DNA from: Bacteroidia bacterium
Lineage (GTDB): Bacteria > Bacteroidota > Bacteroidia > M30B66
Length of the DNA stretch: 64,000 nt
Direction of reading: 5' to 3'
Assembly (NCBI GenBank): GCA_965279035.1
Contig: OZ257142.1
Span: forward strand, 2,816,001-2,880,000
The notes under the pieces are model-generated. The model was not told the origin of the DNA. It made no database searches and saw only the letters and a program-made list of their open reading frames with translations. Positions within the stretch are counted from its first letter, which is position 1. Each line of letters starts with the position of its first letter. The translations under genes and the position numbers were made by a program. Shown here one piece after another: positions 29,094 through 40,632 of the stretch.

Positions 29094-32000
29094 ATGAAAC
29101 AACTTTATCTGCCATGGAAGCTGATTCTGTTATTTCTGATCCTATCGATTGGAATGCAGGCTCAACGAATTGTCAAAGGAAAAGTGCTCAACGAGTCAGA
29201 TGGCGGCTCGGCTTTGCCTGGTGTAATCGTACTTGAAAAAGGAACGAGCAACAACACACTCACCAACATGAATGGTGAATTTACTTTAACTGTTAAAGGA
29301 ACTGAAAGTGTGCTTGTTTTCAGCTATGTTGGAATGGATCCTCGCGAGGTGAAAGCCGATAAAGACGTTATTAATGTATCAATGTTTCTCAAAGGAAGCC
29401 TCAAAGAACTTGTCGTTACGGCATTGGGTGTTTCGCATGAGAAGAAAGCATTAGGTTATGCTGTTTCCGAAGTTAGTGGAGCTGATTTAGTTCGTTCGGG
29501 GGAAGCGAATATCATTCAGGGTTTATCTTCGAAAGCAGCTGGTGTGCAAGTCACAGGCTCAGGAGGAACTCCGGGATCATCTTCAAAAATTAATATTCGC
29601 GGAAATCAAACATTTACAGGGAATAATCAACCACTCATTGTTGTAGATGGTGTTCCTATTGACAATACTACGTATACTTCAGCAGCTGCTGATGATCCAT
29701 ACAATGGAAATCTATCAGGCGTTAACAATTCAAACCGTGCATTGGATATTAATCCCGATGATATAGAATCGGTAACAATCCTTAAAGGCCCTGCTGCTGC
29801 TGCACTTTACGGCCAACGTGCTGGAACAGGTGCTATCATTTACACAACGAAAAAAGGCAAATACAAAAAAGGCATTGGTGTGACTTTCTCTTCTACTATT
29901 GAATTACAGAAAGTAAACAAACTACCTGAACGTCAAAACACCTATGCACAAGGTGCTCCCGATGAAAATGGAGTTCCTCAATATTCAACAGCTGATCCAG
30001 GTCCAGACCGCATTTTCGATACCGATGATGATGTTTCTTATGGTACTAGTTCCGTATGGGGACCAACCATCGCATCGCTTTCCGATCAAGGTATTACAGC
30101 TCATGACAATGCGAAGAATTTCTTTAAAACGGGACAAAACTTCAACAATCAAATTGCGATTGACGGTGGTACAGAAAATACAATGTATCGATTCTCCATT
30201 TCTAATTACAATAGCAGTGGTGTTATTCCAAATTCAAAATTGGATAGAACAACTGTTCGTCTAGCATCTGAGCATCGTTTGACAGACAAAATCAAAGTTG
30301 GAACAAGCATTAGTTATTCAAATACACGTTCAACTAAACCGCAAAATGGTTCAAACCTCGCGGGAATCATGCTTGGATTGATGCGTATGCCTGCGAGTTT
30401 CGATGGTAGTGATTATCAATACGACAATGGTTACACACGCAATTATTATGGATTGTATGATAATCCATTGTATACAGCCTATAAAAATCCTAACACAGGA
30501 AATGTGAATCGTGTATTTGGAAATACCTACATCAATGCTGATCCAACCAAATGGCTCAACATCATGTATAAAGTGGGTATTGACCAATACAGCGAACAAC
30601 GTCGTCAAGTGTATCATCGTTCTTCTGCAGGTGATGATAATTCACTCCGTTATGGTCAAGTAAACATGGATAACATCAATAGTTTCCAATTGTATTCTGA
30701 TCTCTTAGTGACTGCAAAAAAAGATTTCGGAAAAGACATCCATACCAATTTAACTTTAGGAAATAATGTTTGGAATACCAATTTCCAAAGTACATTCAGT
30801 CGTGGCCGTGATTTAATTATTGATGATTTCTACAATCTAGGAAATTCAATTGAACGCTATACTTCCAATAGTCAGGATCGTATTCGTACAGCAGCTGTTT
30901 TCTTTAATGGAGAAATTGATTGGAAGAATGCAGTGTATTTAACTTTAACAGGTCGTAACGAATGGTCTTCAACTTTTAATAAGGATAAAAACAATTTCTT
31001 CTATCCTTCTGCAAGTCTTTCGGTAGTAGTAAGTGAATTAACCAAACTACCTGATTGGTTCAGTTTCTTGAAGTTGCGCGGTGCTTTGGCTCAAAGTGGA
31101 ATTTCGCCACAGCCATATAAAAATAAAACCTATTATTCTCAGCCATTTTTTGCTGATGGTTTTACTAATGGAAATAGCTTCCCGTATTTAGGTCAAGTAG
31201 GATACGGAATTAACAGTATCAAAGGCAATTCGAACCTCTTACCTGAACGTGTGAACGGAAAAGAAGTGGGAACTGAAATGAAGTTTTTCCAAGGTCGTTT
31301 AGGTTTAGAAGTTACCTATTACCTTCAAACAACGGTTGATATTTTATTGGACAAACCAGTTGCTCCATCTTCTGGTTTTAATCGTGAATATGTGAACACT
31401 GGAAAAATGCAAAATCAAGGTTGGGAAGTGGCTATCACAGGCACACCAGTTAAAACAACCAATTTTACATGGGACATCAGTGCTACATGGTATCGTAACC
31501 GTTCAAAAGTATTAGCACTAGCACCAGGTGTTGACCAAGTGGATATTGAAGAAGCATTTGAAGATGTTGGAAGCTTTGCTGTTGTAGGACAACCTTATGG
31601 AACATTCTTCGGTTCTGCATGGCAAAAGACAAGTGATGGTCAATTGATTATCGACCCAAGCACTGGTTTACCTATCATCGATCCAAAACGTCAAGCACTT
31701 GGTAGTCCATATCCAGATTGGCTTTCAGGAGTTCGGAACACCTTTACAATTGGTAAAAATTTCACTCTTTCGATGTTATGGGATTTCCGTAAAGGGGGAA
31801 AAATTTGGAATGGTACCTGGGCACGTTTGAATCGTTTGGGACAAACTGCTGAATCGGCTGTTGACCGTGATAAACCTAAAGTAATTGATGGTGTAGTTGC
31901 CACAGGTTTTGATGATCAAGGCTATGCTATCGCAGGAACTGCAAAAAATACAACGGAGGTTTCATCATTCGATTATTACCGTTCGTATTTAGGTGATGCA

Positions 32001-32282
32001 GGTGGAGCTATCGAAAGTCAAATCCAAGATGGTAGCTGGGCTCGTTTACGCGAATTGAGTGCGAGTTATCGAATTAATTTCAAAGCCAATGCGGCTGGAA
32101 AGAAATTCATTCAATACATCGATATCAACGCTACAGCAATCAATCTTTTATTATTCACCAAATACAAAGGTGTAGATCCAGAAACTAGTTTGACAGGTGC
32201 AGGATCAAATATTCAAGGTTTTGATTACTTCAACAATCCAGGTGTTAAAACATTCTCTTTCGGTATTCGTGCCGGTTTTTAA
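29094..32282 (+). CDS. SusC/RagA-family TonB-dependent outer-membrane transporter
   Basis: PLIVVDGVPI, INPDDIESVTILKGPAAAALYG, C-terminal F. Confidence 0.96.
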   Translation: MKQLYLPWKLILLFLILSIGMQAQRIVKGKVLNESDGGSALPGVIVLEKGTSNNTLTNMNGEFTLTVKGTESVLVFSYVGMDPREVKADKDVINVSMFLKGSLKELVVTALGVSHEKKALGYAVSEVSGADLVRSGEANIIQGLSSKAAGVQVTGSGGTPGSSSKINIRGNQTFTGNNQPLIVVDGVPIDNTTYTSAAADDPYNGNLSGVNNSNRALDINPDDIESVTILKGPAAAALYGQRAGTGAIIYTTKKGKYKKGIGVTFSSTIELQKVNKLPERQNTYAQGAPDENGVPQYSTADPGPDRIFDTDDDVSYGTSSVWGPTIASLSDQGITAHDNAKNFFKTGQNFNNQIAIDGGTENTMYRFSISNYNSSGVIPNSKLDRTTVRLASEHRLTDKIKVGTSISYSNTRSTKPQNGSNLAGIMLGLMRMPASFDGSDYQYDNGYTRNYYGLYDNPLYTAYKNPNTGNVNRVFGNTYINADPTKWLNIMYKVGIDQYSEQRRQVYHRSSAGDDNSLRYGQVNMDNINSFQLYSDLLVTAKKDFGKDIHTNLTLGNNVWNTNFQSTFSRGRDLIIDDFYNLGNSIERYTSNSQDRIRTAAVFFNGEIDWKNAVYLTLTGRNEWSSTFNKDKNNFFYPSASLSVVVSELTKLPDWFSFLKLRGALAQSGISPQPYKNKTYYSQPFFADGFTNGNSFPYLGQVGYGINSIKGNSNLLPERVNGKEVGTEMKFFQGRLGLEVTYYLQTTVDILLDKPVAPSSGFNREYVNTGKMQNQGWEVAITGTPVKTTNFTWDISATWYRNRSKVLALAPGVDQVDIEEAFEDVGSFAVVGQPYGTFFGSAWQKTSDGQLIIDPSTGLPIIDPKRQALGSPYPDWLSGVRNTFTIGKNFTLSMLWDFRKGGKIWNGTWARLNRLGQTAESAVDRDKPKVIDGVVATGFDDQGYAIAGTAKNTTEVSSFDYYRSYLGDAGGAIESQIQDGSWARLRELSASYRINFKANAAGKKFIQYIDINATAINLLLFTKYKGVDPETSLTGAGSNIQGFDYFNNPGVKTFSFGIRAGF

Positions 32283-32304
32283 TCATCCTTAACTAGAAGA
32301 CAAC

Positions 32305-33696
32305 ATGAAAACTCTTATAAAATCCATGTTGCTGCTAACTCTTACAGCAGCTATTCTCCCAGGATGTAAAAAATACCTGGAAGATGCAACCGAAAATCCC
32401 AATGATCCATCTGTTGGCTCACCGGGTTCTTTACTTGCCAATATTGAAGTCGCTACATTTTCTAATTATGCTGGTAATTCTGCTCGCCGTGCTGCCATAT
32501 TAACACAACAAATGGCTGGAACGGATGGACAAATGATTCAATTAGCAAATTATCAGATTCTCGAAGGTGATGTGACTAACGAATGGAAAGGAATCTATAA
32601 CAATGCAGTCATTAATTGCAATTTGTTGGTAGAAAGCTATGGTGATAAAAACCCCTATTATGCAGGAATTGCTAAAATTCTAAAAGCATTAAATATTGGT
32701 TTAGCTACCGATATGTGGGGTGACGTTCCTTTTACTGATGCAGGCTTAGGTCTTACTGGTAATACTGAACCGAAATACGATACTCAAGAAAGTATTTATG
32801 CCGGACTTCAAACATTGCTAACAGAAGCAATCAGTGATTTATCGAAAGATCCTACAAGCAATAGCTATTTCCCAACGGGAGATTTAATTTTTTCGGGTGA
32901 TGCGGCTTCGTGGATTTCTTCAGCTTGGCTTTTGAAAGCGCGTTATGCCAATCGATTGAGTTTAAGAGATCCATCAGGCTCGGCAAGCTTAGCACTTGAT
33001 TATTTAAACAATGCTGGACTTACAGGTACTGAGAATGATTTAAATTCCATTTTTGGTGAAGGTGGAACTGAATTAAATCAATGGTATGCCTTCGAATCTG
33101 CTCGTGGAGGATACATCCGTATGGGAAAATATTTTGTGGATACACTTACTGCTACCGCCGATCCTCGTTTGCCTTTTTATGCAGCGTTGGATGATAATGG
33201 TGGATATACTGGTTCTTCTGTTGATCCTTCAGAAGCAGATGTGACAACTTCGGCGATTGGTCCATATTTCGGAAGTGCTGCATCTGTAGCACCGATTGCA
33301 ACGTATGTTGAAGCAAAATTTATCGAAGCGGAAGCCAAATTTCGTGCAGGAGATAATGATGGTGCTGCAACAGCACATAACGATGCTGTAAAAGCTTCCA
33401 TACTTCAAATTACTGGTACAAACGACGATACCTACGAGGCTGCCTTTGCTGCTGAATTTGCGGGTACTATTTCATTGGAAAAAATCATGTTCCAAAAATA
33501 CATCGCCTTATTTACGCAAGTAGAAGTTTGGAATGATTGGAGAAGAACCAATATTCCTCAATTAACACCAAATCCTAGCGGTGTTGTTCCAGGAATTCCA
33601 AGTATTTTACCTACTTCTCAGGATGAACGTTTGTATAATCCGAAAGCTACTGTTATCACTAATTTGCTCTCTAAAGTTTGGTGGGATAACAACTAA
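32305..33696 (+). CDS. SusD/RagB-family lipoprotein
   Basis: ILPGC lipobox, TDMWGDVPF, QKYIALF..EVWNDWRRT, VWWD. Confidence 0.95.
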   Translation: MKTLIKSMLLLTLTAAILPGCKKYLEDATENPNDPSVGSPGSLLANIEVATFSNYAGNSARRAAILTQQMAGTDGQMIQLANYQILEGDVTNEWKGIYNNAVINCNLLVESYGDKNPYYAGIAKILKALNIGLATDMWGDVPFTDAGLGLTGNTEPKYDTQESIYAGLQTLLTEAISDLSKDPTSNSYFPTGDLIFSGDAASWISSAWLLKARYANRLSLRDPSGSASLALDYLNNAGLTGTENDLNSIFGEGGTELNQWYAFESARGGYIRMGKYFVDTLTATADPRLPFYAALDDNGGYTGSSVDPSEADVTTSAIGPYFGSAASVAPIATYVEAKFIEAEAKFRAGDNDGAATAHNDAVKASILQITGTNDDTYEAAFAAEFAGTISLEKIMFQKYIALFTQVEVWNDWRRTNIPQLTPNPSGVVPGIPSILPTSQDERLYNPKATVITNLLSKVWWDNN

Positions 33697-33712
33697 AAGT
33701 TCGATTTAATTT

Positions 33713-33749
33713 ATAAAAAAGGCAGTCAATAATTGACTGCCTTTTTTAT
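33713..33749 (+). terminator. Rho-independent terminator
   Basis: ATAAAAAAGGCAGTCAAT-A-ATTGACTGCCTTTTTTAT perfect hairpin. Confidence 0.92.
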
Positions 33750-34431
33750 TATAAGAACTTGAATTACTTAAATTATTCAACCCCGATTGTATTGAAAAAC
33801 ATGAAATGAAGTTGGATTTGCAAACAAAAATTGAGATTTGATTAGTCTCAAGGAAGAAATGAAGAATTAATTTTAGCTGAATTAGAAGGTGAATTGGAAG
33901 AAGAGTAATACGAAAAAACTACATTGGTTAGGAAAAAAGTAAATCCAATTGGAGTTAGCAAATTCAAATTTAGAAAAACAACCTTTTAAAGACTAGTAAA
34001 TTAAATTATGAATAAATCTACTTATGTATTAATTCTAGTAACCAAAATTCGCTTGATTGTTAATTAGAGAATTCAAATAAAATAATGAATTCTCTATTAT
34101 TTAATTTACACTTAATAAATTTAATCTATTTGATATTTCAAATTAAATACTAACTCTAATTTCTTCATCTTAACTATCCATTTATCAAGAAATTGAAATT
34201 GGAAATTGTATAAATTCCCCTCTCAAGCTCTCAATTGAATGAAACCAAATCGAATAGGCTTTTATCATTATTCAGAGATTAATTGGGATATGTATTAGTC
34301 TATCGATGGATTAAAATAACAAGTGAATCATTGATAAATGAATTTAATCACCAAAAAACATTAAATTGATTAAACTTTAAATGAAATTGAGAATCAACAG
34401 GAATTCATTTCTAGAATTGAACCTAATAATT

Positions 34432-36090
34432 ATGAAATTAATAAAAGTGCTAATTATTTTATTAGCAATATCCAATTTTTCAATTGCTCAAACTACAGTT
34501 GGACTTCTTCAAAATGAGGCGGGAACATTAGAAGATGGGTATGTATTATTTGCACCATTAGGAAGTACAACTACTTATTTAATAGACAAATGTGGCAAAC
34601 AAGTAAAAACCTGGCCAAGTAGTTTTAAGCCGGGACAATCATGTTATATTTTACCAGATGGAACTTTATTGAGATCAGGAAATACAAACAATACAACTTT
34701 CAATGCAGGTGGTAAAGGAGGAATCATTGAAAAGATCGATTGGAATGGTAATGTAACATGGAGCTATACTATTTCCAATTCAAGCGAATGCCAACATCAC
34801 GATATTAAAGCTTTGCCCAATGGAAATGTATTAGCTATTGTTTGGGAATCAAAAACAAATACAGAAGCGATTGCTCTAGGTAGAAATCCCGCATTAACTA
34901 CACAAAGTATTTGGACTGAAAAAATCATAGAAATACAACCTATTGGATCAACAGGAGGAACGGTTGTTTGGGAATGGCATCTTTGGGATCATTTAATACA
35001 AGATTTTGACAATATAAAACCTAATTATGGCAGCGTTGCTTCTAATCCTCAATTAGTAAATGTCAATTATAATGCGAGTTCCAACACGTCAAATGGTCAA
35101 GATTGGATTCACATGAACTCCATTGACTATAACCCAAGTTTAGATCAAATATTAGTAAGTTCTCATTCATTTAATGAAATTTGGATTATTGATCATAGCA
35201 CAACTAGTTCTCAGGCAGCCAATCATTCAGGTGGAACTTCAAATAAAGGTGGTGATTTATTATATCGATGGGGAAATCCTCAAGCCTATGGGAATGGTAC
35301 TGTAAGCAATCAAAAGTTTTTCGGGCAACATCATGCGCACTGGATAGAAATTGGATTTCCTTATCAAAATGAGATAATGGTTTTCAATAATGGTAATGGT
35401 AGAACAGGAGGAAATTATTCTACCATCGAAATTATCAATCCACCTATAAATGGAATTGACTATCAGTCAATATTGCCGTATTTGCCTTCCTCAACTTCAT
35501 GGATTTATAATGCGACCAATTCGAATAGTTTTTATGCTCAAAATATTTCAGGAGCACAACAACTTTCCAATGGAAATGTACTTTTTTGTAATGGTCCAAG
35601 TGGAAGTTTTTATGAAATCGATTCGCTAGGAAATATTCTTTGGACTTATATAAATCCAGTATCTACTACTGGGATAATCGCTCAAGGTTCAACTCCAATA
35701 CAAAACTTAGTATTTAGATGCAGCTTTTATTCAAGCAATTATTCGGGTTTTACAAGTCAAACAATATTGCCTTCAAACACTATAGAAAACTCCAATACAA
35801 ACTCATCTTCCTGTACTTTAGTTCTTAATAATCATGATATGTATGAATCTAAAATCGTAGTTTATCCAAATCCAGCTCATCAATTTCTAACAATGAAATT
35901 TGAAAATGATTTCTCTAGTATTTTACAAATTGAATTAAAAGATTTTTTAGGAAGAACAATATTCTCTAAGGAAATAACGGAGTCAATAAATTCATATTCA
36001 ATTGATATTTCAGGATTTTCGAAAGGATTATATTTTGCCCAATTTAAATTTGAAAATAGTATCACAACAAAAAAAATAATTCTTGAATAA
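34432..36090 (+). CDS. Arylsulfotransferase-family protein with T9SS CTD
   Basis: QHHDIKALPNGN, VWEWHLWDH, DWIHMNSIDY, GDLLYRWGNP; YPNPA CTD. Confidence 0.85.
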   Translation: MKLIKVLIILLAISNFSIAQTTVGLLQNEAGTLEDGYVLFAPLGSTTTYLIDKCGKQVKTWPSSFKPGQSCYILPDGTLLRSGNTNNTTFNAGGKGGIIEKIDWNGNVTWSYTISNSSECQHHDIKALPNGNVLAIVWESKTNTEAIALGRNPALTTQSIWTEKIIEIQPIGSTGGTVVWEWHLWDHLIQDFDNIKPNYGSVASNPQLVNVNYNASSNTSNGQDWIHMNSIDYNPSLDQILVSSHSFNEIWIIDHSTTSSQAANHSGGTSNKGGDLLYRWGNPQAYGNGTVSNQKFFGQHHAHWIEIGFPYQNEIMVFNNGNGRTGGNYSTIEIINPPINGIDYQSILPYLPSSTSWIYNATNSNSFYAQNISGAQQLSNGNVLFCNGPSGSFYEIDSLGNILWTYINPVSTTGIIAQGSTPIQNLVFRCSFYSSNYSGFTSQTILPSNTIENSNTNSSSCTLVLNNHDMYESKIVVYPNPAHQFLTMKFENDFSSILQIELKDFLGRTIFSKEITESINSYSIDISGFSKGLYFAQFKFENSITTKKIILE

Positions 36091-36359
36091 TGTGGCTTCA
36101 AAAACTTTCATGAATTCAAACAATTTCAATAAAGAAATAAATGCGAGAAACTAAATACTTGATACATAGAAATTAATTTATCCAAATAAATTCAACGATT
36201 TTATGTTGATTTAAACAAATAGCAATAGCATATTCTTTAAATACAATACTCGAATTTGTTGTTTTAAAATGGCCTCCATTTTTCAAAAATATACAGATTA
36301 TATTGAACATTTATTTTATAGTATATTCGCTTTTTATTTGAATAATACATCTTCCCAAC

Positions 36360-37202
36360 ATGAAAAAATTGCTTCCAGCTTTTGCTGCATTTATCATTCT
36401 GTTCAATCTTCCTATTCACGCACAATCAACCAATCCTGCCCCCTATTGTGATGCATCGTTTGATGACATGGATGGAACTTTTAATGTAGCAGATCAAATA
36501 AAAAGCGTTTCGTTTGGCACTTTAAGTAATACAAGCAATGCGCAATATGCTTTTCCACATTATGTATTTTACAATAATTTGTCTGTTCCAAATTTAACAA
36601 TTGGAGCTGCCTATTCGTTTAGCGCAACATTCGAAGTGCATGGTGGTGCAGGTTTTGGCATTTGGATAGACTATAATCATAATAATGTCTTTGAAGTAAC
36701 TGAGAAAGTTGCTGGTTCAATATTCAATGCGTGGATGGAAATTTCAGATAACACGATGATAAATGAAAGCATTACGATTTCTCCTATAGCAATGGCAGGA
36801 CAAACACGCATGCGCGTTAGAATTGTTGAAGATGATATGTATACTGGAGCAAATGGAGCAGCAATTTCGGCATGTAATGCAAGTGCAACTGCAGAAGACA
36901 TTATGGATTGGGGAGAAACGGAAGATTATATAGTGAATATTATTTCTTCGGTAGGAATTCCAACTGTTGAAATTCAAAATTCCGAATTGGTTTTTCCAAA
37001 TCCAGCAATATCCTTCCTTAACATCGCTTCAAAAAATTCAACTAACTATCGAATAGTTAATTTAACAGGAAGTCTTATTCAAAGTGGAATAGTCAATTCG
37101 TTTAAACAAATCAATATCGAAACACTTGCGCATGGTGTTTATTTTATTCAATTGTTTGAAAATGATAAAACGATTGCTGTAAAGCGCTTTGTTAAAGCAT
37201 AA
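36360..37202 (+). CDS. GEVED-domain protein with T9SS CTD
   Basis: IWIDYNHN..F..TE, TRMRVR, WGETEDY; FPNPA CTD. Confidence 0.85.
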   Translation: MKKLLPAFAAFIILFNLPIHAQSTNPAPYCDASFDDMDGTFNVADQIKSVSFGTLSNTSNAQYAFPHYVFYNNLSVPNLTIGAAYSFSATFEVHGGAGFGIWIDYNHNNVFEVTEKVAGSIFNAWMEISDNTMINESITISPIAMAGQTRMRVRIVEDDMYTGANGAAISACNASATAEDIMDWGETEDYIVNIISSVGIPTVEIQNSELVFPNPAISFLNIASKNSTNYRIVNLTGSLIQSGIVNSFKQINIETLAHGVYFIQLFENDKTIAVKRFVKA

Positions 37203-37262
37203 AATAAGTCTAGCTCTCCCCTATTTCCAAATTATTCAGTTGGAATTGAATTCAAATAAACA

Positions 37263-38090
37263 ATGCGAATAATAAGCTGTTTATTTATTTGCACATGTAT
37301 TTTAATATTGAATATACATGCACAAAATTCAAATTCGATGGTAGATCTTCAACCTATGAACACACCTCAAGTTAAAATGAAAGTGGAAGTTTGGAGCGAT
37401 ATTATGTGTCCATTCTGCTACATTGGAAAACGTCATTACGAAGCTGCTTTAAAGCAATTTGCTGACAGTAATTCAATTCAAATTGAATGGAAAAGTTTTC
37501 AATTGGATCCAACAATTCCTCAAAATCCAGAAAATAAAAACAACGTTTATAAATACCTAGCCGAGCGCAAAGGAATGAGCGAAGAACAATCGCGCAAAAT
37601 GCACGATAATGTGGTTGCAATGGCGAAACAAGCTGGATTGAATTATAATTTCGATCAAGCAGTAATTGCGAATTCGTTTGATGCTCATAAAATGATTCAA
37701 CTAGCCAAAACAAAAGGCTTAGGTGATGAAGCTGAAGAACGCTTATTTCGAGCTTATTTTATAGAAGGAAAGGATTTCGCTGATCATACAACATTAATTC
37801 AACTAGGAAAAGAGATTGGGTTAAATGTGGATGAAATTGCAGCTGCTTTAACAAGTGAAGCATTCTCAGCTAAAGTAAAAGACGATATTGAAGAAGCTTC
37901 CCAATTAGGAATTCAAGGTGTTCCATTTTTCGTATTTAATAGAAAATACGCTATCAGTGGTGCGCAACCTGTAGAAGCATTTTTACAGACACTTCAAAAA
38001 TCATTTTCCGAATGGAGATTATCCAATCCTGCTCATTCATTCGAAATTCAAGAAGGCCCCGTTTGTAATCCCGATGGAAAATGTGATTGA
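37263..38090 (+). CDS. DsbA-family oxidoreductase (FrnE-like)
   Basis: WSDIMCPFCYIGK, GVPFF, SGAQP. Confidence 0.92.
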   Translation: MRIISCLFICTCILILNIHAQNSNSMVDLQPMNTPQVKMKVEVWSDIMCPFCYIGKRHYEAALKQFADSNSIQIEWKSFQLDPTIPQNPENKNNVYKYLAERKGMSEEQSRKMHDNVVAMAKQAGLNYNFDQAVIANSFDAHKMIQLAKTKGLGDEAEERLFRAYFIEGKDFADHTTLIQLGKEIGLNVDEIAAALTSEAFSAKVKDDIEEASQLGIQGVPFFVFNRKYAISGAQPVEAFLQTLQKSFSEWRLSNPAHSFEIQEGPVCNPDGKCD

Positions 38091-38101
38091 TTGTTTATGA
38101 A

Positions 38102-40537
38102 TTAATGAATCACTTGAAAAACCTTTCCTTCGATGTGTCTTCCGTCCAAGTTCTGAATATTCAGAATATACGTTCCATTATTTAATTTCGAAACATCCAA
38201 AGAAAATTCAGCATTGGAGTTCAAATTTGCTTGTAGGCAAAGTCTTCCATCTACTGAATAAATCGAATAAATCAATTTTTCATTTTGTTTATTGTCGATG
38301 GAAATTTTCAGTAATTGATTGGATGGATTTGGGTAGATTTTAATAGAAGCTGAATTCCCTTTTTCGGGGTTAATGTTAGCGAGAATATTTCCATTAGCAA
38401 ATGCATAATCACCTTTTCGTAATTGAGAGATTTTCATGGAACCAATGCCATTGGTAATGGATCCTGCATTTAATGTAAAGTCGGTATACACTTTCCATTG
38501 TGCTGAAGCATTTTCTCGATAGATAAGAACAGCTTGGGCTTCGGTATTATCAAAAAGATCATTATCTAATGATTCACTTGTATTTCCAACATAATTTAAT
38601 TGTGCATGCATTTCGGTTGTAGCCGGCCAAATTCCATCAACATGCCAGTAATGATTAGCAGAAAATTGATAAATATCTTCTGAACGTAAACTCGAATCGG
38701 GAGCTGCCCAAATATGATCAATGCGAACTAATGTTGAATCTGTAAGCGTATCTAAATACAAACGCATTTCAGAATAAGGTAATATTCCATTTAAAATGCT
38801 TTCATCGGGAACAAACGTATTTTCATAATCTGTGCGAGCCTGATTCAATCGTGTATGACGATTTAAAATCACCATTTTAGGTTCAAATGATGAAGTAATA
38901 TTTACATTAGAATATTGACCGTTGGCAGTAATTCTAACATCTTGACTTTGTCGATTTGCGCCAATCAGAGTTAAATCCAATGGAACATCACCATAAAAAC
39001 TTGGACATTTTCTCAATTTCTGTTGAATGTGAATCGTGGAATTCCAATTCGCCCCAGATTGTGTTGAGGCAAATGAATCAACAACAAATACAGAAAATCC
39101 CGGTTTGTAAACTTGATCTTCAAAAAAATCGTGTAAATCAAAACCGCTAGCTGCTTCTAAATAATCACGTAACTGAAATGGAGTGATGGTTTCATAAGGA
39201 TGAGCAGCTTGAACTGCCGACATAGCTTGACGAAATAAATCATCACCCAAATACCCACGTAAATTATGCATCACAGAAGCTCCTTTGTAATATGTGTGAT
39301 CGCCGTATATATTATCGTCAGGCATTGGTGAAAGGGCAAAATATCCATTATCTGTGATGTGAGCTGTTTTTAAAACATATTCATGATTATCCTTCACCTC
39401 GTTTATAAATGCATCATGTCCATCAACTTCTTCTACGGTTAGATGTGCGCTATATTCTGCTGGTCCTTCTTTCAACCACATATCATTGTGATTGTATGGA
39501 GCGATCCAATTCCCCCACCAATAATGACCTAATTCATGTGCGAAAAGATTCCGATTTTCTAATTCGGCTTGTCCCATCATAAATTGAGGATAAGCCACAT
39601 TTCCCGTTATTTCTAAGGCACCATCGGTTGTTAGTGCATAACCTACTCCAGGCCATCCCGTTGGACCGTACCAATTTTCACAGGCATTGATGGCATTTCC
39701 TAGATTTAAAAATTTAGTACGCATTGCACTTGTATCGGCCGGTTTTGCTGTGAGTTTAACGGGAACTGGAGCATAATTCCCCTGATGTACGTATGTTAAA
39801 TCACGATAATCTGATGCAGCAAATGCAGAAAGATGCGTAGGCAAAGGTTGATTAAAGGAATAGCTGCGAATAACAGTATCACCACCAACATTGGTTTCTC
39901 CTTCGAATGTGCCTTGACAATGTGCTTTAAATGCGCCAGAACTCTTTACATGATACCGATACGTGGCACGTTCAACAAAAGAATCAAAACAAGGATACCA
40001 TACTTTTCCAAAATTGGGAGGAATGGTCGATAAGCCTATCCCTAAATTGTAGATATAACCGGATTCAAAATAAAATCCACCCCAAACTGGATCACGATAG
40101 GGATGACCATGATAATATAACGTTAACGTTGTTGTATCATTTAGTGAAAGTGTATTTGCTAAATGAATAGTTACAAATTGACTATCAGTTTCAAATGGTA
40201 ATAGATTGTTTTGATTCTTTACGGAATCAACGGTTAAACGGACTAAATCGAAACGAATGCTTTGTTGAGCATTCATTTTAGGTACAAATTGAATTTGAGT
40301 TTCTGCTTTGATTGTTTGTCCTGCATAATCTGTAATATCGATGGATATATCATAATGCAAAATATCGAAGGTATCACTACGCAGAATGCTTTCGTTTAGT
40401 GAACGACTATCAACCTGATTGGGGATTAGCGTTTGTCCTCCTAGTTTTCGCCAATGTTGACATCCATAAGGATGAGGCTGAGAAAATGAGAATGAAAATG
40501 TACAAACGAAACCAATTATAAATAGGAATTGTCGCAT
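38102..40537 (-). CDS. M1-family aminopeptidase with T9SS CTD
   Basis: GALE, HELGHYWWG..WLKEG (HEXXH-18-E), YYKGA; YPNPS CTD. Confidence 0.9.
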   Translation of the reverse strand: MRQFLFIIGFVCTFSFSFSQPHPYGCQHWRKLGGQTLIPNQVDSRSLNESILRSDTFDILHYDISIDITDYAGQTIKAETQIQFVPKMNAQQSIRFDLVRLTVDSVKNQNNLLPFETDSQFVTIHLANTLSLNDTTTLTLYYHGHPYRDPVWGGFYFESGYIYNLGIGLSTIPPNFGKVWYPCFDSFVERATYRYHVKSSGAFKAHCQGTFEGETNVGGDTVIRSYSFNQPLPTHLSAFAASDYRDLTYVHQGNYAPVPVKLTAKPADTSAMRTKFLNLGNAINACENWYGPTGWPGVGYALTTDGALEITGNVAYPQFMMGQAELENRNLFAHELGHYWWGNWIAPYNHNDMWLKEGPAEYSAHLTVEEVDGHDAFINEVKDNHEYVLKTAHITDNGYFALSPMPDDNIYGDHTYYKGASVMHNLRGYLGDDLFRQAMSAVQAAHPYETITPFQLRDYLEAASGFDLHDFFEDQVYKPGFSVFVVDSFASTQSGANWNSTIHIQQKLRKCPSFYGDVPLDLTLIGANRQSQDVRITANGQYSNVNITSSFEPKMVILNRHTRLNQARTDYENTFVPDESILNGILPYSEMRLYLDTLTDSTLVRIDHIWAAPDSSLRSEDIYQFSANHYWHVDGIWPATTEMHAQLNYVGNTSESLDNDLFDNTEAQAVLIYRENASAQWKVYTDFTLNAGSITNGIGSMKISQLRKGDYAFANGNILANINPEKGNSASIKIYPNPSNQLLKISIDNKQNEKLIYSIYSVDGRLCLQANLNSNAEFSLDVSKLNNGTYILNIQNLDGRHIEGKVFQVIH

Positions 40538-40632
40538 AGTAAAAACGTGAACGACGAATTTACCTGAAATTTGAAATAAATCAATGTGAAATAATTGTCT
40601 TTCACATTCGATATAACAATAAATGATTATAA

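Noticed and set aside
33760-34380. AT-rich gap with a short ELILAELEGELEEE-like reading
   Set aside because: Too short and stop-ridden to assign; at most a decayed fragment.
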